NCBI GenBank assembly: GCA_040954595.2
Contig: CM082589.2
Span: 11,482,894 to 11,546,893 of the forward strand
DNA length: 64,000 nt
Direction: 5' to 3'
Source of the DNA: Balanoglossus misakiensis
Lineage: Eukaryota > Animalia > Hemichordata
A program made the translations under genes and the position numbers. The stretch's first letter is position 1, and each line of letters begins with the position of its first letter. This document shows, piece by piece, positions 49,068 through 62,564 of the stretch. The notes under the pieces were generated by a model that was given only the letters and a program-made list of their open reading frames with translations, was not told the origin of the DNA and ran no database searches.

Positions 49068-50560
49068 AGTCCTGTTTCAAAATGACCTACATTACACGTC
49101 CTATACACATGTATTGCATGTTTTGATTGGTTTATCCGCTTCTCTTAGGTCCACTTGCGGCACGCTGATTGGAGGGACCTTGTAGGTTAGGTCTTATTAT
49201 TATGTATTATTCACTAGACCTTGTAGGTTAGGTCTTATTACTATGCATTTTTCGCTTTACAGCTCCCTGATTGGTTAACGTGTCAGTCTGGTCCCCCATG
49301 TGTTCACTGCCTCATAATACAGGACCTTGTAGGTTAGGTCATATTAATATGTATTTATTCACCATACAGCTCCCTGATTGGTTAACGTGTCAGTCTGGTC
49401 TCCCAGTGTTCACTGCCTCATTGTGAAATGTCCCATGTGCTTCCTGGCTAGCGTTGTGGTAACACATTATTCGGGATGTCCGCAGGTCATTCATTAATTT
49501 TCTGAGAAATAGCCTGACTGATACTATCTCCAACATAAACCGCACCCTGGAAAGATTAAAATTTTTAGATGGACTTCGAAAATCTGATTAACACATCTAA
49601 GCATTTTTGCTAACAGTTGTATATTTTCTTAAATCACCCTCCTACTTCTCATCATCAATATTATTATTGTTGTTTTACTATTTTAAAGTAAATTTGTTTT
49701 GACGTAGATGTTGTGAAAAGGAGTACGTTGTCCGTTTATACATTCGTATATTGTTTTCATAAAAATGGAACTATGACGGTGCAGCTTCGTGAAAGAAGTA
49801 CAATAAAAGTAATCATACCTGTAAAGCAACTAATGAGGTATCCCAATTAAAGAAATGCAATGCTATTCTAAACAGTTCTATTGTAAGATATTTTTGGTTT
49901 GCTCGAATGAATAGCACACACTTCGTATTCAGCCAGGTGTTACACGAAGTGATGCGCTGAAAAGCACTACGTAACAAAACACTAGCCCATTTCAACAAAC
50001 CGCCACTGGAAATAAAATAAAAAAATTCTCCTGGCAATTTTTATTTCGAGTATCTAGTTCACAGTATCACAAAAAAATGCCATGAATAGTGAAGGAAAGG
50101 TTAAATCCAATCATTATATGAGTGCCTTTCTTTATACACTGGGATCGAGCTTCGACAACGCGCAGGCAGCATGCCAGACAGAATACGACAACTGTATTCA
50201 GAAAGTACAAAAGACTTTGCATAACGAGGCAGTGAAAATTGGAGACCTACACATTAACCAATCAGGGAGCTGAAAATTGAATAAATGCATGTTAATAAGA
50301 CCTAACCTACAAGGTCCTGCATAATGAGGCAGTGAACACTGGAGGACCAGACCTACACATTAACCAATCAGGGAGCTGTAAAGTGAATAATACATAGTAA
50401 TAAGACCTAACCTACAAGGTCTAGTGAATAATACATAATAATAAGACCTAACACATAAGGTCCCTCCAATCACCGTGCCTCAAGTGGACCTAAGATTACC
50501 AGATGGACCAATCACAGATGTCGGTACATATGTCATGGACCTGACTTATGAAACATGACT
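49068..50560. mobile_element. 1.5-kb foldback-type non-autonomous TIR element with ATT target duplication
   Basis: att|agtcctgtttca...tgaaacatgact|att. The ~350-bp inverted arms are built from gaccttgtaggttaggtcttatta and ctccctgattggttaa subrepeats. The empty site cacattcagaa is in the left arm near 36570. Confidence 0.8.
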
Positions 50561-51540
50561 ATTCAGAACTACCTAGTCTATGCCCGGCAGTGTTCTGTCC
50601 GCTTTGCTTCCAAAACTAATGTCTGGCCTCACTCATGCCACTTGCCCAATAAACTAATACCCCTTGCTGGGAATTATGGTGTAACTAGCGTCGCTTTGAA
50701 GCCTATCACATTCCTGAACAGTGTTGATTTGGTGTAAGATTATAGTGAAGGCAGGGCTTATTACATTGAAAATGCTACCCAACCTTAATTACACGTATGT
50801 ATATCCTTTGTCTAATCATTGGAAAAACAATGTACATGTACCAAAGACTAAGTAGCTATTTGAAGGTGAATCGCAAGTGGGCACTTTCATTACTTAACCT
50901 CAAGCAGTCGGTTAGCTACCGTATACTAAGACAAACATTCCTGGTGTAATTAACATCACTGTCATTAGTAATATCTATCTCCAATCAGTATCAGTTCTGC
51001 CTTTATGTTATTTTAAGTCAATTGTCAAGGTTCATGTACATATATTACAGCTTAACTGTCTTGTCAAAAACTTACGCATGTACATGTACCTAATTCTAGG
51101 CTTACCTGTAGGGTTAGAGATACAGTGTTTTATATTAATATGCATTAATATGAAACTAAAATTTGATGGTTAATTTAAGACCCCCCTGAGCTATGGTAAC
51201 CTCGTTAAATATGTGCATATCTAATTCTAGGCTATTCAGCTGAAGTAGAAACCTGGACATGGACAACTTCGGGGTCAAAATCTTTTGACAAACATTTGTG
51301 TGATCTTGGGTAAACTTTGACCTACATTCCTATATTTTAGCATCCGGAGCAGATACAACCTTGACACTTGGAGTGATGGAACTATTTGATTGAGTATTAT
51401 GTCTTGCCTCATTAATTATGTACTTACCTAATGCCAGCCTAACCAATAGGGCTGGAAGTCTGGCTTTTTGGACATGATAAATTTGAGATCAACATTTTTC
51501 TACAGCAGCCAGCCTTCTCTTAAAAAGAATGGACAATATA

Positions 51541-51800
51541 AAGGCTTTGATGGTATACTGAACTTTTGACTCCCTCCCTGAGACTGTGTGCCAATGACGG
51601 GATAGCCTACTCAGCGTTGGGTAGATCCTAAGAAGGCCTCAGCCAGGCATCAAATACAAAAAGCGGAAATCCAAGCTTTAATGGTGGGTTACATCGTTAA
51701 CTTCCCTGCAGAGCTGATTTCTCAGACTGTGAGCCAATGACGGGTAAAGCCCCTAGGTAGGGGCCACCTAAGACAGGCCGGTCATGCTTTAATCACAAAG
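51541..51800 (+). ncRNA. Candidate structured RNA (two homologous hairpin units, H/ACA-like ends), right-arm copy
   Basis: Each unit has gcttt(g/a)atggt...agactgtg(t/a)gccaatgacggg-[variable hairpin]-cctaaga..ggcc...ACA. ACAAAA lies between the units and ACA is near the end. Confidence 0.3.
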
Positions 51801-54764
51801 AAGGGCAAGTTTAGTCTTACCACAACTTTGTCTGCTGTATATGCTTCATTAAGATTGCAGAGTATTTTGAGAATACATTGTGTTAAGGCAGTGTGACCAG
51901 CTAAAAAGTACTGGCAAACACAGCCAATGTGTAATGAAAAACATCTAATTTGGCTGAATAAAAGACATAAAACACAGCAAAAGCACTGTGACTAGCTGAG
52001 ACATAATACTCCATTATGCAGTTCCATCACTCCAAGTGTCAAGGATGTATCTGTGCCGGATGCCAAGATATAGGAATGTAGGTCAAAGTTTACCCAAGAA
52101 CACCCAACATTTTGTCAAAAGATTTTGACCCCAAAGTTGTCCATGTCCAGGTTTCTACCGCAACTGGATAGCCTAGAATTAGATATGTACATATTTAATG
52201 AGGTTACCATGGATCAAGGCAGTCCTAAGTAAACCATCAAATTTTTAAATTCATGTTAATTCATGTTAATATAAAACGCTGTATCTCTAACCCACTGGTA
52301 TGCCATTCTGTGTTTCATGCTACCCAATATGGGTAAGTAGGTAAAAAGTCACCCTAGGCCATTTGAAATTTTGCTGAAAAAATCTCGTCTCTTACATATG
52401 TACATTTGGTAAAAGGGAAATTTTAATCACGGAGTAGAACATATTCATAAAAAATATTTGAGGGAAAGAAGGAAGTTTTTCATAGCTTTGGTGCGTCAAA
52501 TAGTAGAGAGGTTCCCTTGTTATCCTTAGACTCAAACTCAGAGTTTCCAATCTTTCAGTATTTTCATGATATTACTTTCCATCTTAGATTTGTTCATCTA
52601 AACAAACTGACTGATAGGTATACATGAACATTTTATTGACTAATGAATGTGCCTGTATGTTGCAATTTAAAGAAGTCAGATATTAAACGAGCGCCACACC
52701 TGTTTTAATCAGCCTCCATATGGAGGGTACACATTGCAGAGAGATGACAAACCCCATGCAAATTCAAGTAATATGGCTCAATGGTGCTGATTTTAAAGGA
52801 TAGGTGGATGATTTGAAAAATGTTATTGTGGAAAAAGATGTGTAAAATTTGGCAGCTTGTGAGGCTTTAATTGTAAAATCTTTGAAATGTGTTTTACTCT
52901 TTAGGTCCAATTTTGTATATGTCAATATACCATTGGGACCAATGTGAAATTGTTCTAAACTCAGAAACTCAAGAAGGTACTGGTCAGATTGCTTTAGAAA
53001 TTGGTGTGTATTTATGTTATTGAGACTTTATACAGATTTTATTTTTCATTTTTGAAGTATATTTTGGGGTGATTTTGGTCGTCATATACTCAGAAACCTC
53101 TACCCACATTTTTTTTAAAATTTGGTTTGCATGTTCTTAGGTGTGATTTTATGACAATTTAACAAACCCAGTGATGGAAGTGACAATATTGTTTTTTTTT
53201 TTTTGGCAATTACTGCCATTTTTGTCTGATTGCTTTGCAATTTAGTTTGCAGTTTCTAGGGAATTCTTACTGTGGTGCACAAAATTCACAAAGGTGATTT
53301 ACTATCCTCATGCGCTTTGTTGAACTGGCACCCTGTTGCAAAACAGACATTACAACACTCTTTGAATTGAATTCATAGCTACCAATTTTTCGGGGGTGTA
53401 GCACCTTTTTTATGCCTAAAACTTTGATCGAGAACTTCAAATTAAATGCAACCCTCCAAATATTTGCAATATTTCAGGTATAATGATTTAATTTTAAAGC
53501 ATAAATTTTGATGTATTCATAATCATTAAGAGAAACACATTTTGAAAATAGAATATTAATCACACTAGCAGTCATAATACTTTTGAATCATCACTTAAGA
53601 ACATATAGAAAAATTAAACAGGTGTTAATTATTTATATTTGAACGCAAAGCGTAAATTCCCTTGTGCCATGGAATTGACAATCTGCAACTGGTGGGGTCC
53701 TTCTGCCAGTAAAAAGCATCAGATAAATTCTGCATGCTCATCACCGAGGCAATTTAGGTGTACTTTTGTACTTTGAGAACTGTCGGTTTTCGCAACTGAA
53801 ACTCTGTTCACAGGACAGAGGAAAAACTAGAATGACAACAGCTATGTAAGCTAACAAAAGGAACACAGAGCATAGTTCTCCATACTCACATTTTGATGCA
53901 ATAATTTTTGCTGAAACTGGGGCGTCCGTGGGCAGGCAAAGGCAGTTCTAACTCGACTTGCAAATAAGGCCCATGTCTCTTGTTCGCTGAGATTGTCTGG
54001 TTCTAATAATAGCTGTAAGAACTTGATCATTGACCGAACTGTTGGTTCAATTTTGCAACATTTTATGATTTCAAGCTGTGCAATATTTGCAACTCAGTTT
54101 CAACTTTAGTTGGAGGGATGATGATGAAGCCATTTCACTGACAAAATAGCGCTACTGACTGATGTCAATGTTTGTTTACAGTCAAATGCATTGCCATCAT
54201 AAAAATACATGTGAGAAATTTCCTATGTGTATGATACACACTTTTGTGCATGACTGCAAACTCTGTTACAGTTGTGAAATTCTAAGGGTTGAATTCATTG
54301 GGTAGAATTCATGTTTTTTGGATTCTTAAACAACCAGTCACGAAAGCTAAGTGGTTACCTCAGAGAAACTGTGTTAAATTTGGTCATCAATTGCTTTAAA
54401 TCACACAAGACATTCCCAGAGCTAAAGTTACTGCAGCAGTCAGTTTCAACTCAGCTTGCAAATTGGGATCATGTCTTGTGTTCATCGAGACTGTCTGTAG
54501 TCGAGTTGACAGTCCTATGGGGTCAATGATGAACCTACAAATGTTCTTTCCAATGAAATTGTTATAAATCTAATATTCAGGATTTGCATTCATACCTTAA
54601 ACAATATAACTGTATTGCAAATATGGCAACTCTTCTAAGTTGCATTGGAACACCTTCTCGCCACTGTTTGTGCCAAAATGGTGAATAAGCTTTCATTTTC
54701 AAGCCTTAACATAGGCACCCAAAACAAGACAACAGCATTGCAAATATGGCATTTTTTGTTCAAC

Positions 54765-55425
54765 TCTTCTCATTTGCATAGTCCAAAATGGCCGCCAAAC
54801 TCCTCTAACATGTAAATTTCCTATGGTCGTCTTAAATAGTGTGTAGTATCGCATTTGAAGGGTTTTCATCAATATGGGTACCTAAAACAATTTCAACGTG
54901 GTTGACATTGCAATGTTAGACAGCTGTTCTAATTTGCATAATCTAGAATGGCCGACAAACTTCTCTAACATGTAAATTTACTATGGTTGTCTTTAATAGT
55001 GTGTAATATCGCATTTGCAGGGTTTTCATCAATATGGGTACCTAAAACAATTTCAACGTCGTTGACATGGCAATATTAGACAGCTGTTCTAATTTGCATA
55101 ATCCAAAATGGCCACCAAACTCTTCTTAAATGTAAATTTCCCTGTTTTGTCTTATATGGTGCCTAAAATCACATTTGCAGGGTTTTCATCAATATGGGTA
55201 ACTAAAACAATTTCAGCGTGGTTGACATGGCAATATTAGACAACTGTTCTAATTTGCATAATCCAAATGGCCGACAAACTTCTCTAACATGTAAATTTCC
55301 CTGGTTTGTCTTATATGGTGTGTAATATCGCATTTTCACGGTTTTAATTAATATGGGTACCTAAAACAATTTCAACGTGGTTGACATGGCAATATTAGAC
55401 AACTGTTCTAATTTGCATAATTCGA
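54765..55425 (+). repeat. ~160-bp tandem repeat (4-5 units)
   Basis: atttgcataat...aatggccg...aatatgggtacctaaaac recurs at ~54772, 54932, 55092, 55252 and 55411. About two units lie in the left arm (29120-29340). Confidence 0.85.
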
Positions 55426-56024
55426 ACACCTGCTGGATAATTTAATTTTTGCCCTTCTTGTCCCATGATTATATGTGTAATATCTCATTTTCAATGTGTT
55501 TACATGTATATATGCAGAATCCATTTCAAACTAAGTGGGCATATTGTAGCGCCAATCTTATTTCTTAATCCGCACCACAGAACTGATGCAAGGTTTAGGA
55601 CTGGAAATGTATGTGGCCACTGGCCGACACCCCGGGCGAGAGGTCTCCAATTATTTTCAGCATGTAGTGTGCTTCCCGGTTGATAACATCAATATGTGTA
55701 AATGCCAAAAACCCGACCTATTGTAATACCAGTCAAATTTTCTTTGTCATTTACCATTTTTCTCTTGCATATGAAGGTTTTTCTTAAAGAGTACATACCC
55801 ATATACATTTGTATGGGAGCACACATCCCCACCCCCTGCCAACAATAATTGGACAACTTTATTCTTCTTATACTTCTTTTTAGTCTAAACATTCATATAG
55901 AGAAGGCAACATGTTCTTGAAGCTGCTGACTATGGAAATATGATGAAGTACATTTTCCTAGTTGTACATGTACAGTATGATAGGCCCAATGTACCAATTG
56001 GAGATGTGTGCCTTACAGGCAACA

Positions 56025-59000
56025 TACATGTAGCTCTGCATGGCCTGGTTAATCAATGTTGACGCAAAGGTTGACCCTACCAAACACTCAAAATTAATGG
56101 GCACGACACTGGCCACTAGCTCTGCATGGCCTGGTTAATCAATGTTGACGCAAAGGTTGACCCCACCAAACACTCAAAATTGATGGGCACGACACTGGCC
56201 ACTAGCTCTGCATGGCCTGGTTAATCAATGTTGACGCAAAGGTTGACCCCACCAAACACTCAAAATTGATGGGCACGACACTGGCCACTAGCTCTGCATG
56301 GCCTGGTTAATCAATGTTGACGCAAAGGTTGACCCCACCAAACACTCAAAATTGATGGGCACGACACTGGCCACTAGCTCTGCATGGCCTGGTTAATCAA
56401 TGTTGACGCAAAGGTTGACCCCACCAAACACTCAAAATTGATGGGCACGACACTGGCCACTAGCTCTGCATGGCCTGGTTAATCAATGTTGACGCAAAGG
56501 TTGACCCCACCAAACACTCAAAATTGATGGGCACGACACTGGCCACTACAATGTAGCTCTGCATGGCCTGGTTAATCAATGTTGACGCAAAGGTTGACCC
56601 CACCAAACACTCAAAATTGATGGGCACGACACTGGCCACTAGCTCTGCATGGCCTGGTTAATCAATGTTGACGCAAAGGTTGACCCCACCAAACACTCAA
56701 AATTGATGGGCACGACACTGGCCACTACAATGTAGCTCTGCATGGCCTGGTTAATCAATGTTGACGCAAAGGTTGACCTCACCAAACACTCAAAATTGAT
56801 GGGCACGACACTGGCCACTAGCTCTGGCCTGGCTAATCAATGTTGACGCAAGGGTTGACCCCACCAAACACTCAAAATTGATGGGCGCGACACTGGCCAC
56901 TAGCTCTGGCCTGGCTAATCAATGTTGACGCAAGGGTTGACCCCACCAAACACTCAAAATTAATGGGCGCGACACTGGCCACTAGCTCTGGCCTGGCTAA
57001 TCAATGTTGACGCAAGGGTTGACCCCACCAAACACTCAAAATTGATGGGCACGACACTGGCCACTAGCTCTGGCGTGGCTAATCAAGGTTGACGCAAAGG
57101 TTGACCCCACCAAACACTCAAAATTGATGGGCGCGACACTGGCCACTAGCTCTGGCGTGGCTAATCAAGGTTGACGCAAAGGTTGACCCCACCAAACACT
57201 CAAAATTGATGGGCACGACACTGGCCACTAGCTCTGGCCTGGCTAATCCAGGTTGACGCAAGGGTTAACCCCACCAAACACTCAAAATTAATGGGCGCGA
57301 CACTGGCCACTAAGCTCTAGCCTGGCTAATCAATGTTGACGCAAGGGTTGACCCCACCAAACACTCAAAATTGATGGGCACGACACTGGCCACTAGCTCT
57401 GGCCTGGCTAATCAAGGTTGACGCAAGGGTTGACCCCACCAAACACTCAAAATTGATGGGCACGACACTGGCCACTAAGCTCTGGCCTGGTTAATCAATG
57501 TTGAAGCAAAGGTTGACCCCACCAAACACTCAAAATTAATGGGGACGACACTGGCCACTAGCTCTGCATGGCCTGGTTAATCAATGTTGACGCAAAGGTT
57601 GACCCCACCAAACACTCAAAATTAATGGGCACGACACTGGCCACTAGCTCTGGCCTGGCTAATCAAGGTTGACGCAAGGGTTAACCCCACCAAACACTCA
57701 AAATTAATGGGCGCGACACTGGCCACTAAGCTCTGGCCTGGCTAATCAATGTTGACGCAAGGGTTGACCCCACCAAACACTCAAAATTGATGGGCACGAC
57801 ACTGGCCACTAGCTCTGGCCTGGCTAATCAAGGTTGACGCAAGGGTTGACCCCACCAAACACTCAAAATTGATGGGCACGACACTGGCCACTAAGCTCTG
57901 GCCTGGTTAATCAATGTTGAAGCAAAGGTTGACCCCACCAAACACTCAAAATTAATGGGAACGACACTGGCCACTAGCTCTGCATGGCCTGGTTAATCAA
58001 TGTTGACGCAAAGGTTGACCCCACCAAACACTCAAAATTAATGGGCACGACACTGGCCACTAGCTCTGGCCTGGCTAATCAAGGTTGACGCAAGGGTTGA
58101 CCCCACCAAACACTCAAAATTGATGGGCACGGCACTGGCCACTAGCTCTGGCCTGGCTAATCAATGTTGACGCAAGGGTTGACCCCACCAAACACTCAAA
58201 ATTGATGGGCGCGACACTGGCCACTAGCTCTGGCCTGGCTAATCAATGTTGACGCAAGGGTTGACCCCACCAAACACTCAAAATTAATGGGCACGACACT
58301 GGCCACTAGCTCTGCATGGCCTGGTTAATCAATGTTGACGCAAAGGTTGACCCCACCAAACACTCAAAATTGATGGGCACGACACTGGCCACTAGCTCTG
58401 CATGGCCTGGTTAATCAATGTTGACGCAAAGGTTGACCCCACCAAACACTCAAAATTGATGGGCACGACACTGGCCACTAGCTCTGCATGGCCTGGTTAA
58501 TCAATGTTGACGCAAAGGTTGACCCCACCAAACACTCAAAATTGATGGGCACGACACTGGCCACTAGCTCTGCATGGCCTGGTTAATCAATGTTGACGCA
58601 AAGGTTGACCCCACCAAACACTCAAAATTGATGGGCACGACACTGGCCACTAGCTCTGCATGGCCTGGTTAATCAATGTTGACGCAAAGGTTGACCCCAC
58701 CAAACACTCAAAATTGATGGGCACGACACTGGCCACTACAATGTAGCTCTGCATGGCCTGGTTAATCAATGTTGACGCAAAGGTTGACCCCACCAAACAC
58801 TCAAAATTGATGGGCACGACACTGGCCACTAGCTCTGCATGGCCTGGTTAATCAATGTTGACGCAAAGGTTGACCCCACCAAACACTCAAAATTGATGGG
58901 CACGACACTGGCCACTACAATGTAGCTCTGCATGGCCTGGTTAATCAATGTTGACGCAAAGGTTGACCTCACCAAACACTCAAAATTGATGGGCACGACA

Positions 59001-61682
59001 CTGGCCACTAGCTCTGGCCTGGCTAATCAATGTTGACGCAAGGGTTGACCCCACCAAACACTCAAAATTGATGGGCGCGACACTGGCCACTAGCTCTGGC
59101 CTGGCTAATCAATGTTGACGCAAGGGTTGACCCCACCAAACACTCAAAATTAATGGGCGCGACACTGGCCACTAGCTCTGGCCTGGCTAATCAATGTTGA
59201 CGCAAGGGTTGACCCCACCAAACACTCAAAATTGATGGGCACGACACTGGCCACTAGCTCTGGCGTGGCTAATCAAGGTTGACGCAAAGGTTGACCCCAC
59301 CAAACACTCAAAATTGATGGGCGCGACACTGGCCACTAGCTCTGGCGTGGCTAATCAAGGTTGACGCAAAGGTTGACCCCACCAAACACTCAAAATTGAT
59401 GGGCACGACACTGGCCACTAGCTCTGGCCTGGCTAATCCAGGTTGACGCAAGGGTTAACCCCACCAAACACTCAAAATTAATGGGCGCGACACTGGCCAC
59501 TAAGCTCTAGCCTGGCTAATCAATGTTGACGCAAGGGTTGACCCCACCAAACACTCAAAATTGATGGGCACGACACTGGCCACTAGCTCTGGCCTGGCTA
59601 ATCAAGGTTGACGCAAGGGTTGACCCCACCAAACACTCAAAATTGATGGGCACGACACTGGCCACTAAGCTCTGGCCTGGTTAATCAATGTTGAAGCAAA
59701 GGTTGACCCCACCAAACACTCAAAATTAATGGGGACGACACTGGCCACTAGCTCTGCATGGCCTGGTTAATCAATGTTGACGCAAAGGTTGACCCCACCA
59801 AACACTCAAAATTAATGGGCACGACACTGGCCACTAGCTCTGGCCTGGCTAATCAAGGTTGACGCAAGGGTTAACCCCACCAAACACTCAAAATTAATGG
59901 GCGCGACACTGGCCACTAAGCTCTGGCCTGGCTAATCAATGTTGACGCAAGGGTTGACCCCACCAAACACTCAAAATTGATGGGCACGACACTGGCCACT
60001 AGCTCTGGCCTGGCTAATCAAGGTTGACGCAAGGGTTGACCCCACCAAACACTCAAAATTGATGGGCACGACACTGGCCACTAAGCTCTGGCCTGGTTAA
60101 TCAATGTTGAAGCAAAGGTTGACCCCACCAAACACTCAAAATTAATGGGAACGACACTGGCCACTAGCTCTGCATGGCCTGGTTAATCAATGTTGACGCA
60201 AAGGTTGACCCCACCAAACACTCAAAATTAATGGGCACGACACTGGCCACTAGCTCTGGCCTGGCTAATCAAGGTTGACGCAAGGGTTGACCCCACCAAA
60301 CACTCAAAATTGATGGGCACGGCACTGGCCACTAGCTCTGGCCTGGCTAATCAATGTTGACGCAAGGGTTGACCCCACCAAACACTCAAAATTGATGGGC
60401 ACGACACTGGCCACTAGCTCTGGCCTGGCTAATCAATGTTGACACAAGGGTTGACCCCACCAAACACTCAAAATTGATGGGCACGACACTGGCCACTAGC
60501 TCTGGCCTGGCTAATCAATGTTGACGCAAGGGTTGACCCCACCAAACACTCAAAATTGATGGGCGCGACACTGGCCACTAGCTCTGGCCTGGCTAATCAA
60601 TGTTGACGCAAGGGTTGACCCCACCAAACACTCAAAATTTGTGGGCACGACACTGGCCACTAGCTCTGCCGTGGCTAATCAAGGTTGACGCAAAGGTTGA
60701 CCCCACCAAACACTCAAAATTGATGGGCGCGACACTGGCCCCTAGCTCTGGCCTGGCTAATCCAGGTTGACGCAAGGGTTAACCCCACCAAACACTCAAA
60801 ATTAATGGGCGCGACACTGGCCACTAAGCTCTGGCCTGGCTTATCAATGTTGACGCAAGGGTTGACCCCACCAAACACTCATAATTGATGGGCACGACAC
60901 TGGCCACTAGCTCTGGCCTGGCTAATCAAGGTTGACGCAAGGGTTGACCCCACCAAACACTCAAAATTAATGGGCGCGACACTGGCCACTAAGCTCTGGC
61001 CTGGTTAATCAATGTTGAAGCAAAGGTTGACCCCACCAAACACTCAAAATTAATGGGAACGACACTGGCCACTAGCTCTGCATGGCCTGGTTTATCAATG
61101 TTGACGCAAAGGTTGACCCCACCAAACACTCAAAATTAATGGGCACGACACTGGCCACTAGCTCTGCATGGCCTGGTTAATCAATGTTGACGCAAAGGTT
61201 GACCCCACCAAACACTCAAAATTAATGGGCACGACACTGGCCACTAGCTCTGCATGGCCTGGTTAATCAATGTTGACGCAAAGGTTGACCCCACCAAACA
61301 CTCAAAATTAATGGGCACGACACTGGCTACTAGCTCTGCATGGCATGGTTAATCAATGTTGACGCAAAGGTTGACCCCACCAAACACTCAAAATTAATGG
61401 GCACGACACTGGCCACTAGCTCTGCATGGCCTGGTTAATCAATGTTGACGCAAAGGTTGACCCCACCAAACACTAAAAATTAATGGCCACGACACTGGCC
61501 ACTAGCTCTGCATGGCCTGGTTAATCAATGTTGACGCAAAGGTTGACCCCACCAAACACTCAAAATTAATGGGCACGACACTGGCCACTAGCTCTGCATG
61601 GCCTGGTTAATCAATGTTAACGCAAAGGTTGACCCCACCAAACACTCAAAATTAATGGGCACGACACTGGCCACTACATGTA
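56025..61682 (+). repeat. 82/86-bp satellite array, block 1
   Basis: Monomer tagctct(gcat)ggcctgg(t/c)taatcaatgttgacgcaa(a/g)ggttgaccccaccaaacactcaaaatt(g/a)atgggcacgacactggccac, period 86 (56031 to 56117). Confidence 0.98.
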
Positions 61683-62564
61683 TTTGTGATATTTTACATG
61701 GTTAACCACGCCTTGAGAAAAGTAATTATAAGAGAACTTTGTTTCCAAAGTTAGGGGAGAATAATATAACGGGAGATGGGAGTACCTCAGGCTACTGAGC
61801 TCGTTCCCTTCCTCATGTACTTTACTGGGCGTATTTGATGTACTATAATAATTCCGGACAATAAATGAACGTAAATCAGATACGTTTCTCCGTGGATCAC
61901 GGTTCTCGTCAGAGCCCGTTACCTCATCGCTACAGATTCCCCGATGCATGAACAATCATGAGAAACCAGCGGTAATACAAGTGTCACGATTGAGTTTTAA
62001 CGATCATAGATCTTGTTTATGATTACGTAAGAAGTCATTCACTTATATGGTTTTAGTCCAGTATTGACATTGGTACTTGACCCAGAGTAAACAAGATTGT
62101 GTAATTGATACATGTCAGAACAAGATAGAGATATCACGCGCTAAGTTCATGTTTAAGAAATATCAAGATGACGTGTTCCTTTTATGACTTAATACTTGAC
62201 TAACGTATTAATAAGGTGTGGTGAAATTTGAGATCACACATTTATCACCGGAGATCCGTGATGGGAGTCAACGAGCATGGATCGAGTCGTGTAATTCTTA
62301 CGTGTGACCAGTAATAAACCAGAACTTTGTGTTACTCGGAAAACTTCTTGCAAGTCTCTGTCTACGAAAGGTTTACGATCTGCCGGGTACCTCTCTCGGA
62401 CTTTATGAATATGTTGGGTGGAGAAGGAGATGGAGAGAATGTACGCCGTCAGCTTTCGGACGTGGCTGATTCCCCACAGAAGCCGATGAGGTAAACGTCC
62501 GGAGGACGACCGGCCGTAACAACAAACTGCATGAATTAAAGTTCAACAATCCTTAGAAGACAGG

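Larger units (their letters stand above)
28441..56024. repeat. Giant inverted duplication 2 (left arm ~28441-39526, right arm ~45835-56024)
   Basis: Collinear reverse-complement blocks: 28441-29870/54170-56024, 31600-31820/53050-53260, 34190-36570/50560-53040, 36570-37870/47300-49065, 38100-39526/45835-47045. Confidence 0.93.
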
